Assembly: GCA_020160975.1 (NCBI GenBank)
Contig: JAIUPJ010000001.1
Span: forward strand, 690,001 to 722,000
Length of the DNA: 32,000 nt
Direction: 5' to 3'
DNA from: Candidatus Saccharimonadota bacterium
GTDB taxonomy: Bacteria; Patescibacteriota; Saccharimonadia; Saccharimonadales; Saccharimonadaceae
Every line of letters starts with the position of its first letter. Within the stretch, counting starts at the first letter, position 1. Made by a program: the position numbers and the translations under genes. This document shows, piece by piece, positions 9,273 through 18,518 of this stretch. The notes beneath the pieces were generated by a model that saw only the letters and a list, made by a program, of their open reading frames with translations, did not search any database and was not told the origin of the DNA.

Positions 9273-9839
9273 TTCGGGCGCAGTGTGAGCTGGTTTACGG
9301 AATGGATTGATGTAGCTGCCGGCTACTTCGTGGAGCTCTTGTTCTGGAATCGTCGCTTCTGAATGCACGACGATTGACTTGTTGTTGATCTCGATGATTT
9401 GTGAACGGTGAATCAAGAGCTCGGTGTCATTAAAACTTTTGAGAAGCGGTCGACGCACCGTCAGCTGCTGGACAACAAAGCCGCTGGTGTCGAGAGTAAA
9501 GTCGATGACTTTGCCGAGATTATGCCGCTTTTCGTCAGTTACCGGCATGCCGATGAGATGGAAGTTGAGTTCGGCAAGCTCTTTGAGTTTGATAATTTCG
9601 TCGAGCTGGGCAATATCGTCGATAGAATCGATAATAAAACCGAGATCGCTCAGCTCGCGCGAATCGGCAATGCGGAGAATATGAGTAGCGTGCGGTTCAA
9701 GGAGGTGACCCTGCACGAGGTAGGCTTTGACAGACAAATCCTCGGGATTAATCAATGGCTCAAGAGTGCGGGCGACCTCTCCGCCAGTCTGAAGGCTCAT
9801 CACTGGCGAGTCTTTGAGGTTTGATCCAAGAATAATCAT
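9249..9839 (-). CDS. Double PRC-barrel-like protein, last gene of the pilus operon
   Basis: Two similar modules, LKDSPVMSLQTGGEVARTLEPLINPEDLSVKAYLV and LIGMPVTDEKRHNLGKVIDFTLDTSGFVVQQLTV, resemble PRC-barrel (YlmC/YmxH-like) domains. I use the ATG at 9839, because the ORF-track extension to 9968 overlaps the upstream gene. The 3' end overlaps the convergent recX by 24 nt. Confidence 0.5.
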   Translation of the reverse strand: MIILGSNLKDSPVMSLQTGGEVARTLEPLINPEDLSVKAYLVQGHLLEPHATHILRIADSRELSDLGFIIDSIDDIAQLDEIIKLKELAELNFHLIGMPVTDEKRHNLGKVIDFTLDTSGFVVQQLTVRRPLLKSFNDTELLIHRSQIIEINNKSIVVHSEATIPEQELHEVAGSYINPFRKPAHTAPESTQVFQR

Positions 9840-9855
9840 AAGCCTAGTGTAGCAG

Positions 9856-10137
9856 TTAATTAAAAGGATTGGTACGGCCAGGAGGGAGAACGAGCGGCGT
9901 ACTGTCGGTGCGCAGTTCTTTGACTCGCTGAATGGTCTCGGTCTGGATAACGGGCACAGAGCTGGCATTGGTTGTCGCGGTTGTGTCTGGCGAAGGAGTA
10001 TTCATGGCGGTGGTGAGCAAAAGCGTCGCGACAGCGAGGCCACCGATGACTACCAATACAAAAATCACTACATGAAAACGATGCAAGAACTGGAAAAATG
10101 CACGTGAGCCGAGTTTTAGGTCAAGATTTGCTTGCAT
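9856..10137 (-). CDS. Small single-pass membrane protein in the pilus operon (possible minimal PilP-like component)
   Basis: One TM helix (VVIFVLVVIGGLAVATLLL), a Thr/Pro-rich linker and a C-terminal GRTNPF that recalls the RDPF motif of PilP proteins. The start overlaps the pilO-like stop (TAATG). Confidence 0.45.
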   Translation of the reverse strand: MQANLDLKLGSRAFFQFLHRFHVVIFVLVVIGGLAVATLLLTTAMNTPSPDTTATTNASSVPVIQTETIQRVKELRTDSTPLVLPPGRTNPFN

Positions 10138-10751
10138 TATCGTACGTATACCTCAATCGTGAGAACATCACTGGTTATGTTATTGCCGCTCTTGGCATCA
10201 GCAGTACGAGAAAGGCCGATGCTTGAAACACGCATGCGAAACAGTCCTTGTTCGATAGAATGGATGAAGTTGAGCGTCTTGTAGTAGTCGACCGGATTGG
10301 CGAGAGTAACAGTCGCGGTGCGGGTCTTGATGTTTGCAGGGGCAGGTGTCGAAGGGGCAGCTGCGCCAGTAGCTGGTGTTGCGGCCGTAGTGGCTGTCTT
10401 GATGTCACTAAAAGTGATGTTGGTTACCCCGAGACCTGCATCGCTTGCATACTTGGTGATGTCCTCGATGATTTTGTCCTGGTAGACATACTGCTGGCTC
10501 TCGGCAACGAGTTGTGTGGTGCGGTCAACGGTTGCTGATTCTTTTTCAAGCAGTTCCTTTGTTTTCTTGAGCTTTTCGAGCGAGGAACTACTATCCGTAG
10601 CTTGAGCAGCAGTTACCTGCGATTCTTTGGCGAATTCGGCAATGATTTCGCGGCCATACAAGAAAACGCCAACACCAACAACGAGCAAAATCGCCATGAT
10701 TGCGATCAGCATAAGACGAAGTCTCGTGGGTGTTAGTGCTGCCATTTTCAT
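10137..10751 (-). CDS. PilO-like type IV pilus alignment protein
   Basis: N-terminal TM helix, a coiled-coil segment (LEKLKKTKELLEKE), an Ala/Thr/Pro linker and a C-terminal alpha/beta domain. Its position after pilM-pilN and the ATGA overlap with pilN support the call. Confidence 0.55.
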   Translation of the reverse strand: MKMAALTPTRLRLMLIAIMAILLVVGVGVFLYGREIIAEFAKESQVTAAQATDSSSSLEKLKKTKELLEKESATVDRTTQLVAESQQYVYQDKIIEDITKYASDAGLGVTNITFSDIKTATTAATPATGAAAPSTPAPANIKTRTATVTLANPVDYYKTLNFIHSIEQGLFRMRVSSIGLSRTADAKSGNNITSDVLTIEVYVR

Positions 10752-11305
10752 AATTTTTTCAGCAGATCCTTTGAGTAGGTGACGTTATAGGTAGCGGTAT
10801 AGGGATACGTCGTATCTGTTCCCTGCACAACTGACTGGAAATTAACATCTGAGAAAATACCGGAATTTTGGAGATTGGTCTTGACATCAACTGATCTGGC
10901 ATAGGAGGTTGTTCTAACAAGAAGGGTCGTGGAGGTTCCGAACGTGTTTGGGTCGATGGTGAGTTTTTCAAAGACTGCATCACTCGGTAGCACAGATGCT
11001 AGTTTGAGGATAACAGTGGTATAGGGTACTTGCTGATCGAGAATGTATTTTGCAGTGGTGAGATTTGTCGAAAAGCGCGTCGCATCAGCTTTGACACTGG
11101 CGTATTGTTGGGTTTTTTGCTCGTTTTCTAAGATGATTGCTTCATTTCTCGCCTTTTCAGTGGACAGTACGACATAGGCGCCACCCATCTCTGCTACGAG
11201 CAAGAGAATGAACACGCCGAGTAGCAACGCATATCGCAGCAAAAGGGAATTTGTTCGTGCTGCAACGAGTTGGCGGCGGTCATCGGGAGCAAGGAGATTG
11301 ATCAT
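10748..11305 (-). CDS. pilN: PilN-like type IV pilus assembly protein
   Basis: The N-terminal MINLLAPDDRR (INLLP motif) is followed by a TM helix and a coiled coil. ATGA overlap with pilM. Confidence 0.75.
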   Translation of the reverse strand: MINLLAPDDRRQLVAARTNSLLLRYALLLGVFILLLVAEMGGAYVVLSTEKARNEAIILENEQKTQQYASVKADATRFSTNLTTAKYILDQQVPYTTVILKLASVLPSDAVFEKLTIDPNTFGTSTTLLVRTTSYARSVDVKTNLQNSGIFSDVNFQSVVQGTDTTYPYTATYNVTYSKDLLKKL

Positions 11306-12366
11306 TTCCAGATCTCCTCGTTACGCACGGTGGCGAGACCAGCAACTGTGATGTAGCGCGGTCGAAACTGTTTGTTTGGTTCCTGGAGGGCACCAAAGTT
11401 AAGCTTCTGCCAAGGGCTAGCAACGCGAGCTGGCATGACGAGCTCATTGGTAAAGTAGTCGCCGATACCAGGCACATTTGCTCCGCCACCGACGATGAGC
11501 ACTTGTTCGATTTTGCGGTCATTGTTGAGACGCTCGTTGTAGTAGCGGATGACTTTGCGAATCTCCGTGGTGATGCGGCCGAGACTTGGTTTGAGCGCAG
11601 CGGTCAGTTTGGCCTGGCGAGGCCCAGCGCCGAGGCCGTTGAGTACCTTGAGTTGATGAGCATTTTCCAGGGTGGTGTCGAGCTTTTTTGCAATATCGAG
11701 CGTGAAGGTATTGCCACCAATGCCGACTCCGCCAGTCACCCGAATTGCTCCCTGGTCAAGAATAGCGATATCGGTAGCAGCGGGGCCGATATCGACGATG
11801 AGTGAGCAGAGATGGCCTTCTTCGGTTGCCTCAATCACACGTGAAACAGCGTGGATGCCAGGTATGGCGCTGATAGGCACGAGATTGGCGGCTTTGACGG
11901 CAGCGACACAGGTATCAACAAGCGCCGAGGGGACTGCGGAAAGTGCGACAGTGGTCTCAGCTCGCTCCTTGTTTCGCTCTAAAATTTCATAATCGAGATA
12001 GAGTGAGCTCGAGGGAATGGGGATGTATTGGTCGACTTCGATTTCAACCGCATTTTTGAGATGTTTTTCTTCGCTAGTGGGGATGGTGAACGTACGGATG
12101 TAGGTTTTTGCGGTTGGCAGTCCGATCACCACGTGGTTGGTATTGAGGGTACCGATGATATTTTGCTTGATTAGATTCGTGATATTGTCGGCCAGGTAGG
12201 TATCTTCAGGGTTTTCAAGGGATGCTTGGACTTGTTGAGGGTTGAGATCGAGCGATCCATAGCCTAATACCAGCCATTTTTTCGGATCAATAGACATAAT
12301 CTTGACACCAGTTTGGCTGATGTCAAGTCCGATAAGTGGCTTGTCTTTGTAGAAAAGTTTTGTCAT
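11302..12366 (-). CDS. pilM: Type IV pilus assembly ATPase-fold protein PilM
   Basis: Actin/HSP70-like fold signatures GLDISQTGVKI, VDIGPAATDIAIL and LIVGGGANVPG. About 350 aa, placed upstream of pilN. Confidence 0.88.
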   Translation of the reverse strand: MTKLFYKDKPLIGLDISQTGVKIMSIDPKKWLVLGYGSLDLNPQQVQASLENPEDTYLADNITNLIKQNIIGTLNTNHVVIGLPTAKTYIRTFTIPTSEEKHLKNAVEIEVDQYIPIPSSSLYLDYEILERNKERAETTVALSAVPSALVDTCVAAVKAANLVPISAIPGIHAVSRVIEATEEGHLCSLIVDIGPAATDIAILDQGAIRVTGGVGIGGNTFTLDIAKKLDTTLENAHQLKVLNGLGAGPRQAKLTAALKPSLGRITTEIRKVIRYYNERLNNDRKIEQVLIVGGGANVPGIGDYFTNELVMPARVASPWQKLNFGALQEPNKQFRPRYITVAGLATVRNEEIWK

Positions 12367-12432
12367 TGATGCCCACTAAAATATAGTCCTTCATAGTATA
12401 GCATGAGCGGGTTGACTTGCTCTATACAATCA

Positions 12433-13665
12433 CTAATGAATTTGTTGCGAAAGTCCGGCGATCGGCCCCATCACGCTGGCGGCAATTAGCCCCACCATGG
12501 CACCCATTCCCAGGATCATGACCGGCTCGATAATCGAGCTGATGCCGTCGATAGCAGTGTCGACTTCTTCTTCGTAAAAATCTGCTACTTTGACCAATAC
12601 GGTGTCCGTCTGGCCAGTTTCTTCGCCCACAGCGAGCATCTGGGCGACGATTGGTGGGAACATTGGGTTCTTTTCAATGATACTTGAAAGATTTTTACCG
12701 TTCTTGACCTCTTCGGATGCCGCAACCAGCGCTTCTTCATAGACGACGTTGCCAACCGCACGGGCGGTGACATTAAGCGCCTCCAGCACTGCAACTCCGG
12801 CTCCCATCAATGCCGAGAAGGTTCGGGCAAATCGGGCAACGGCAACTTTCTGAATAATGGAATTAATGGCAGGGATTTTGAGGATAAGCCTATGAAAAAG
12901 GCGCTTACCTTTTGGTGTCTTGATAAAACGGAGCAGCAGGATAATACCACCGACGATTAGTGGAATGATAATGAACCAGAAGTGGATCAAGAAGTCACTA
13001 ATGCCAAGCATAATCTTGGTCAGCATCGGGAGCTCGGCGTCCGGCCCTCCTAGGTCTTTGATGATCTTACCAATCTGCGGAATGACAAAGATCATGAGTC
13101 CAAAGAAAGCAACGATGGTGATAAACACCAGCACCATCGGGTAGGTCATGGCACTTTTAATCTTTTTGCGCATGCTGGCGTTCTTTTCCTGCTGCATGGC
13201 AAGTCGTTTGAGGATATCATCCAGGATACCGGCGGCTTCTCCGGCTCGTACCATATTGACATAGACATCATTGAAGGTGTTTGGGTATTTGGCGAGCGAG
13301 TCAGCGAGTGTCGCTCCTGACTCGACATCCTTGACAATGCCAGCAGTGACTTTTTTGAGTGCTTTGCTCTGTGTGTGGTCATGCAGCGAGGAAAGAGCAC
13401 GAAGCAGTGGCACACCGGCGCTGACCATCGCGCTGAGCTGCCGCGTAAACATAACGAGATCGTCGCTTTTGACACGGTTACCACCTAGGAAGTCAAGAAA
13501 GCTAAACGAATTTTTCATCGCACCTGAACTGCTTTCTTTGAGGCTAATTGGCTTCATGCCTTGTTTTGTTAGGGCGACAAGCGCGGCGGCACGATCAGAG
13601 GATTCGAGTGAACCTGTAGAGGTTTTTCCATCGGCAGTCGATGCGACATATAAGAACTGTGACAT
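12433..13665 (-). CDS. pilC: Type IV pilus platform protein PilC (T2SS F family)
   Basis: About 400 aa with two T2SSF repeats (LSAMVSAGVPLLRAL and FSALMGAGVAVLEAL) and three TM segments. It lies immediately downstream of pilB. Confidence 0.9.
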   Translation of the reverse strand: MSQFLYVASTADGKTSTGSLESSDRAAALVALTKQGMKPISLKESSSGAMKNSFSFLDFLGGNRVKSDDLVMFTRQLSAMVSAGVPLLRALSSLHDHTQSKALKKVTAGIVKDVESGATLADSLAKYPNTFNDVYVNMVRAGEAAGILDDILKRLAMQQEKNASMRKKIKSAMTYPMVLVFITIVAFFGLMIFVIPQIGKIIKDLGGPDAELPMLTKIMLGISDFLIHFWFIIIPLIVGGIILLLRFIKTPKGKRLFHRLILKIPAINSIIQKVAVARFARTFSALMGAGVAVLEALNVTARAVGNVVYEEALVAASEEVKNGKNLSSIIEKNPMFPPIVAQMLAVGEETGQTDTVLVKVADFYEEEVDTAIDGISSIIEPVMILGMGAMVGLIAASVMGPIAGLSQQIH

Positions 13666-13670
13666 TTGCG

Positions 13671-15452
13671 TTAGTCCCTCGTCACCCTCAACACTTCGTC
13701 GAGGGTGGTGTTGCCACGAAGCATCTTCACCAGTCCGTCGCGCTGCATGGTGGTCATGCCTTCGGCAATTGCCTGGTCTTGAATTTGATTGCTCGTTGCG
13801 TTGCTGACAATCATTTTTTGCAACGGTATGGAGTTGCCAAGCACTTCGTAGATACCTATTCGACCTTTGTAGCCAGTGTGATTACACTCGTCACAGCCCT
13901 CGGGATTTTGTTTCCAAAGGCTGGTGACGGTTGTCTCATTGGTTGCAAGAGGGGTCTCGCCACCAACTCCTTGCGCAGCTGCCTGTTGGTCGAGGTTGTG
14001 AATAGTTGCAAAGTTTTCTTTGGTACGCAGGTTAAATAATTTTGTTATTTCAGCAATTTCCTCGGCGAGAGGCGTATACTGTTGTCGACAGGTCATGCAT
14101 AGGCGACGAACCAGTCGCTGACCCACCACGGCCTTGACAGTACTCGCAATCAAGAAAGGTTCGATGCCCATGTCCAGCAGACGAGGCAAGCACGTGGCGG
14201 CATTGTTGGTGTGGAGTGTACTGAAGACAAGGTGTCCGGTTAGGGCTGCCTGCACGCCAAGGTTGGCGGTCTCGCCGTCGCGAATCTCTCCAACCATGAT
14301 GATATTCGGGTCTTGGCGAAGGAGCGCGCGCAGTCCATTGGCAAATGTCATGCCGGCTTTGCTGTTGGTTTGCGTTTGGTTAACGCCCGGGATTTTGTAC
14401 TCGACAGGGTCTTCGATGGTACTGATATTGACATCGGGCTTGTTGAGCATCGTGAGTACGGAGAAGAGAGAGGTTGATTTACCTGACCCCGTTGGCCCGG
14501 TGATGAGAATCATCCCATTTGGCTCGGCAATGGCATGGGTAATAATTTTCAGCGAGTGTCCCCAATAGCCAAGCTCTTGGAGCGTGACGGCTTGGTTGGA
14601 CTCGTCGAGAATACGCATGACGACTTTTTCTCCATCGGCAATGGGGAGGGTACTGACACGAAGGGCATATTGTTTGCCTGCCACTTTTATTTTGAAGCGA
14701 CCATCTTGCGGCACGCGCCGCTCGTCGATCTTGAGGTTGGCAAGAATTTTTATGCGGCTGACCAGCGCACCAAGCACATTTCGCGGCAGTTGGTTGACCT
14801 CTTTTAGCACACCGTCTACACGGTAACGAACCTGCACGAATCCTTCGCGCGGTTCGATATGAATGTCGGATGCCTGCGAGCGAATTGCGAATTCAAGAAG
14901 GAGATTTACTGTCTGAGCGATCGGTGAATTTTCGGCTACATCTGCCTCACTGACCTGTTGCGCCGTACCATCGTCTTCGCGCTGAATGTCGATGACTTCG
15001 TTCAGCTCTTTGTTGACATCACCACGGTAGTTCTCGAGACAGAGCAGGATGTTTTCGTGGGGTGCGATATAAATCTTGGTATTGGTACCGATTTCTTTTT
15101 CGATGAAGCTGACTGCCTGGACGTCATCAGGATCATCCATTGCGAGGTGTATCGTGCCTTCCTCGTCTATTTTGAAGACAACGGCATTGTATTGACGCGC
15201 GATGCGTTCGGGAATCTTCTCGAGTGATTCGGTTGGAATGTCGCGCGGGTCAAGCTCGATAAACGGCAACTCCGCATACTCAGCAAATAGCTTCGTCAAG
15301 TCACGCTCGGTGATCAGCTTGCTTTCAAGAACCTGTGATTGTAGCGATTTTGACGCACGCGAAGCCTCTTCTCGAAGAGGATCGAGCTGTTCTTTGGTCG
15401 CGATAGAATTTCGCGTCAACAGCGTGGTCAAGGTGTCATCAGAAATGCGCAT
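13671..15452 (-). CDS. pilB: Type IV pilus extension ATPase PilB (GspE family)
   Basis: N-terminal T2SSE_N domain, Walker A GPTGSGKST, Walker B/Asp box IMVGEIRD, His box GHLVFSTLHT and a tetracysteine motif (CMTC...CDEC). Confidence 0.93.
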   Translation of the reverse strand: MRISDDTLTTLLTRNSIATKEQLDPLREEASRASKSLQSQVLESKLITERDLTKLFAEYAELPFIELDPRDIPTESLEKIPERIARQYNAVVFKIDEEGTIHLAMDDPDDVQAVSFIEKEIGTNTKIYIAPHENILLCLENYRGDVNKELNEVIDIQREDDGTAQQVSEADVAENSPIAQTVNLLLEFAIRSQASDIHIEPREGFVQVRYRVDGVLKEVNQLPRNVLGALVSRIKILANLKIDERRVPQDGRFKIKVAGKQYALRVSTLPIADGEKVVMRILDESNQAVTLQELGYWGHSLKIITHAIAEPNGMILITGPTGSGKSTSLFSVLTMLNKPDVNISTIEDPVEYKIPGVNQTQTNSKAGMTFANGLRALLRQDPNIIMVGEIRDGETANLGVQAALTGHLVFSTLHTNNAATCLPRLLDMGIEPFLIASTVKAVVGQRLVRRLCMTCRQQYTPLAEEIAEITKLFNLRTKENFATIHNLDQQAAAQGVGGETPLATNETTVTSLWKQNPEGCDECNHTGYKGRIGIYEVLGNSIPLQKMIVSNATSNQIQDQAIAEGMTTMQRDGLVKMLRGNTTLDEVLRVTRD

Positions 15453-15532
15453 AATGCTTATGGATATTGTAATCGACTCATCGTATTTTGTCGATGGATG
15501 TCAACAGTGGTGCCATCTGGTATACTTTTGAT

Positions 15533-15991
15533 ATGCAAGTTGCGATACCAACTCAAGAAGCCATGCATCAATTCGGTGTGCTACTCGGACAAGCCGTACA
15601 TGGTGGCGATGTCGTCGAGTTGGTTGGTGATGTCGGAGCAGGCAAGACAACCCTCACAAAATCCTTGGCAAAAGGCATGGGTATTACTGATGATGTGCAG
15701 AGCCCTACTTTCACGTTGTCGCGCATCTACGAGAGTGGTGACACGCGGCGGCTTGCTCATTATGATTTTTATCGGTTGCAGGACGCCGGTATCCTGTCAG
15801 CAGAGCTACGGGAATCGGTTGAGGATCCGTCAGTTGTAACGGTCGTTGAATGGGCGGACATCGTGCAGGGTGCGTTGCCTCGGGATCGACTGACAGTCAC
15901 AATCCGGCCAACGTCAGAAGAGTCGCGCCAATTACAGATCGAGAGTGGCGGCCCGCTCAGCCAACGGTTGCTTGAGGAGATTGAACGGTGA
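15533..15991 (+). CDS. tsaE: tRNA t6A37 biosynthesis ATPase TsaE
   Basis: GDVGAGKTTLTKSLAKGMG P-loop, SPTFTL and HYDFYRL motifs. I prefer the ATG at 15533 because TATACT at 15521-15526 lies 6 nt upstream. The ORF track starts at TTG 15488. Confidence 0.85.
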   Translation: MQVAIPTQEAMHQFGVLLGQAVHGGDVVELVGDVGAGKTTLTKSLAKGMGITDDVQSPTFTLSRIYESGDTRRLAHYDFYRLQDAGILSAELRESVEDPSVVTVVEWADIVQGALPRDRLTVTIRPTSEESRQLQIESGGPLSQRLLEEIER

Positions 15992-16374
15992 TTTTGCTTT
16001 GGGACAGTAGCGACAAGACAGTACGACTACGGCTGGTCGACAGTGAGTATCAAGAGGAATTCGCATGGCCAGTTGACCGGCAGCTCGCTAAAGACATGCT
16101 GGCGTATCTTCGTGATCGCTTGGCTCAGCGTGATAAGACATTGAAAGACCTGACAGGAATCGGTGTATTTCGTGGCCCGGGAAGCTTTACAGGTCTTCGT
16201 ATAGGGTTGACGGTGCTCAATACAGTTGCCGATGCCCAGAATATTCCGATTGTTGGCACGACCGGCGCGCAGTGGCAGGCGGAAGCACTGTCGCGATTGC
16301 AGGATGGCGAGAATGACAAGATTGTGATGCCAGAATACGGTTCACCAGCACATGTCACACAACCACGAAAATAG
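15988..16374 (+). CDS. tsaB: TsaB-like protein, N-terminal half only (128 aa)
   Basis: GVFRGPGSFTGLRIGLTVLNT is the TsaB/YeaZ signature. The GTG start overlaps the tsaE stop (GTGA). The protein ends after about 128 aa, whereas TsaB is usually about 230 aa. Confidence 0.7.
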   Translation: MILLWDSSDKTVRLRLVDSEYQEEFAWPVDRQLAKDMLAYLRDRLAQRDKTLKDLTGIGVFRGPGSFTGLRIGLTVLNTVADAQNIPIVGTTGAQWQAEALSRLQDGENDKIVMPEYGSPAHVTQPRK

Positions 16375-16400
16375 CAGTATCAAACCAGTCAGGAACGCGG

Positions 16401-16406
16401 TACAAT
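16401..16406 (+). promoter_or_regulatory. -10-like TACAAT followed by AAGACT; likely promoter giving rny a leader of about 130 nt
   Basis: TACAATAAGACT has the same composite shape as the ruvA, bcp and 28925 promoters (TAYAMT-AAGAYT). Here no start codon follows, and the rny ATG is at 16545 with Shine-Dalgarno GGAAAGGA. Confidence 0.35.
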
Positions 16407-16544
16407 AAGACTAGTCTGTTTTTATGAGTAGACGACTGATAGTTATTCTAATGATGATCAATTTCTGATACCGTCTGTACGTGCTTTGGCACTTCGTATT
16501 CTGAATGACACTGCACGCCTGAGTACCAGAGGAAAGGAACATAT

Positions 16545-18032
16545 ATGATAGAAGGTATTGCCGCAATTGTCGGGCTAATTGTTGGAGTGGGCGGCAAGTT
16601 TGCGTATGACAAGCAGCGAACTTCGAGTAGCAAGCATAGCGCCGAGAAGGTAGTAGCACGCGCCGAGACAAAGGCCAGCGAGATTGTGCTGAAGGCCAAA
16701 GACGAGGCACTGCGAATCGAACAAGAGCGCCGCAAGGAAATGCAAAAGACCGAGAATCGTCTGGCTGATCGTGAATCAAGTCTCGATAAGAAACTCGATG
16801 AGCTTGATCGTCGCGCTAAAAAATTGCGCAAAGAAGAGGACGAAGTTGATTCGCTGAAAAACGAAATCCGTGAGATCCGTACGCGTCAGCAAGAGAAGCT
16901 GGAAAAGATTGCCGGGCTGAAGAAAAAAGATGCTGCGGAGAAATTGTTGCAGATGACTGAGCGAGATGTCAAAGAGGACCTTGTCGGGTTGGTGACAAAG
17001 CTGCAAAAAGACGCGACTGATGACGCCGAAGAGCGTGCGCAACTCGTGATTTTGAGCGCCATGGAGCGAATGGCGAGCGAAGTCACGGCCGAGCGCACAG
17101 TGACGGCTGTCAAGCTAACCGATGACGAGATGAAGGGCCGAATTATCGGCAAGGAAGGGCGCAACATCCAGGCGATGCAGCGAGCAACCGGTGTTGATTT
17201 CCTGGTTGATGACACGCCGGGTATGGTAGTGCTGTCAAGTTTTGATCCGATCCGTCGTCAAGTTGCGCGAATGGGACTGGAGATGCTGATGAAGGATGGT
17301 CGTATTCACCCTGGTCGTATCGAGGAGGTTTTCGCAAAAGCTGAGAAACAAATCGAAAAAGAAGTTCTACGTGCTGGCGAAGATGCCGCGCGTGAAGTCG
17401 GCGTCACTGGTATTCCTAAAGATCTACTACAGCTCCTCGGCGAGTTGAAGTACCGTACAAGCTACGGCCAAAATGTCCTGATGCATAGTACGGAAATGGC
17501 ACACATGGCGGGGCTAATCGCGGCTGAAATTGGTGCTAATGTGCGTGTCACAAAAATCGCTACATTGCTCCACGATATTGGCAAAGCCGTTACTCACAAG
17601 GTAGAGGGGAAGCATCACCATATCGGTGCAGAATTGGCACGAAAGGCCGGACTGAGCGAAGATATTGTTCATGCTATCGAGGCGCACCACGATGATATCG
17701 AAGCAACTACGCCAGAAGCACTGGTTGTGCGTGTGTGTGACGCCATTAGTGCAGCTCGTCCAGGTGCGCGAAATATCTCTGCGGAGAACTTTGCCGAGCG
17801 CATGCGTGACCTCGAGAATATTGCCACCGGATTCAAGGGGATTGATAAAGCCTATGCGATCAGTGCAGGCCGCGAAGTGCGCGTTATGGTACGACCAGAG
17901 TCAATCGACGACCTCAGTGCCATCAAGTTAGCTCGCGATATCGCGACGAAGATCGAGAGTACCATGCAGTATCCAGGAACAATCAAGGTCAATGTGATTC
18001 GCGAAACTCGTGCTATCGAGTTCGCAAAATAA
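16545..18032 (+). CDS. rny: Ribonuclease Y
   Basis: N-terminal TM helix, a long Glu/Lys/Arg-rich coiled coil, KH domain GRIIGKEGRNIQ and HD domain LLHDIGK...HH. Confidence 0.95.
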   Translation: MIEGIAAIVGLIVGVGGKFAYDKQRTSSSKHSAEKVVARAETKASEIVLKAKDEALRIEQERRKEMQKTENRLADRESSLDKKLDELDRRAKKLRKEEDEVDSLKNEIREIRTRQQEKLEKIAGLKKKDAAEKLLQMTERDVKEDLVGLVTKLQKDATDDAEERAQLVILSAMERMASEVTAERTVTAVKLTDDEMKGRIIGKEGRNIQAMQRATGVDFLVDDTPGMVVLSSFDPIRRQVARMGLEMLMKDGRIHPGRIEEVFAKAEKQIEKEVLRAGEDAAREVGVTGIPKDLLQLLGELKYRTSYGQNVLMHSTEMAHMAGLIAAEIGANVRVTKIATLLHDIGKAVTHKVEGKHHHIGAELARKAGLSEDIVHAIEAHHDDIEATTPEALVVRVCDAISAARPGARNISAENFAERMRDLENIATGFKGIDKAYAISAGREVRVMVRPESIDDLSAIKLARDIATKIESTMQYPGTIKVNVIRETRAIEFAK

Positions 18033-18034
18033 CA

Positions 18035-18508
18035 ATGCGGACATTTTCTCCAGACGATGATAAAGCATTGCGAGCTGCTCTCGATCGAAGAGTGGCGAGT
18101 GCCGCTGCGTGGCTCGAGACGAACGACGGACGACTGATCATTGTCAAGTCAGACTACAAGCAATACTGGTCATTGCCAGGCGGGTTGATTGATGCCGGCG
18201 AGACGCCTCTCCAGGCGGTACGCCGAGAGGTCGCCGAGGAGATCGGTATCGACCTACCAGTTGAATCATTTGAGTTCCGAATGGTTATTAGTCGGGTATC
18301 GAGTAACCTTGGTATGAGCTATCAGTTTGTGTTCCGTGCTACGATTGCCGATAACTTGCTCGATACAACTCGCCTCCAAGAGGACGAGATTAAAGAACTA
18401 GCTTACGTATCCCGCGAGGAAGTGCACCATAACGACCGAGACTTTGCTGAAGTGATTTATGCTTGGGCTGCCAGCCAAACGGGTTACGCCGAGCACCGAC
18501 TGCCATAA
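18035..18508 (+). CDS. Nudix hydrolase
   Basis: Nudix box GGLIDAGETPLQAVRREVAEEIGI. It starts 2 nt after the rny stop. Confidence 0.8.
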   Translation: MRTFSPDDDKALRAALDRRVASAAAWLETNDGRLIIVKSDYKQYWSLPGGLIDAGETPLQAVRREVAEEIGIDLPVESFEFRMVISRVSSNLGMSYQFVFRATIADNLLDTTRLQEDEIKELAYVSREEVHHNDRDFAEVIYAWAASQTGYAEHRLP

Positions 18509-18518
18509 CAACGGGGCG

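Noticed and set aside
16407-16427. AAGACTAGTCTGTTTTT considered as a terminator for tsaB
   Set aside because: The palindrome AGACT/AGTCT leaves no loop and the stem is only 4-5 bp. It more likely belongs to the initial transcribed region of the rny promoter. The 14-codon ORF that follows (MSRRLIVILMMINF) has no support.
16411-17337. Minus-strand ORFs (64-127 aa) overlapping the rny 5' region
   Set aside because: They are the antisense reading of the Glu/Lys/Arg-rich coiled-coil region of RNase Y and give Ser/Arg/Phe-rich junk. No independent support.
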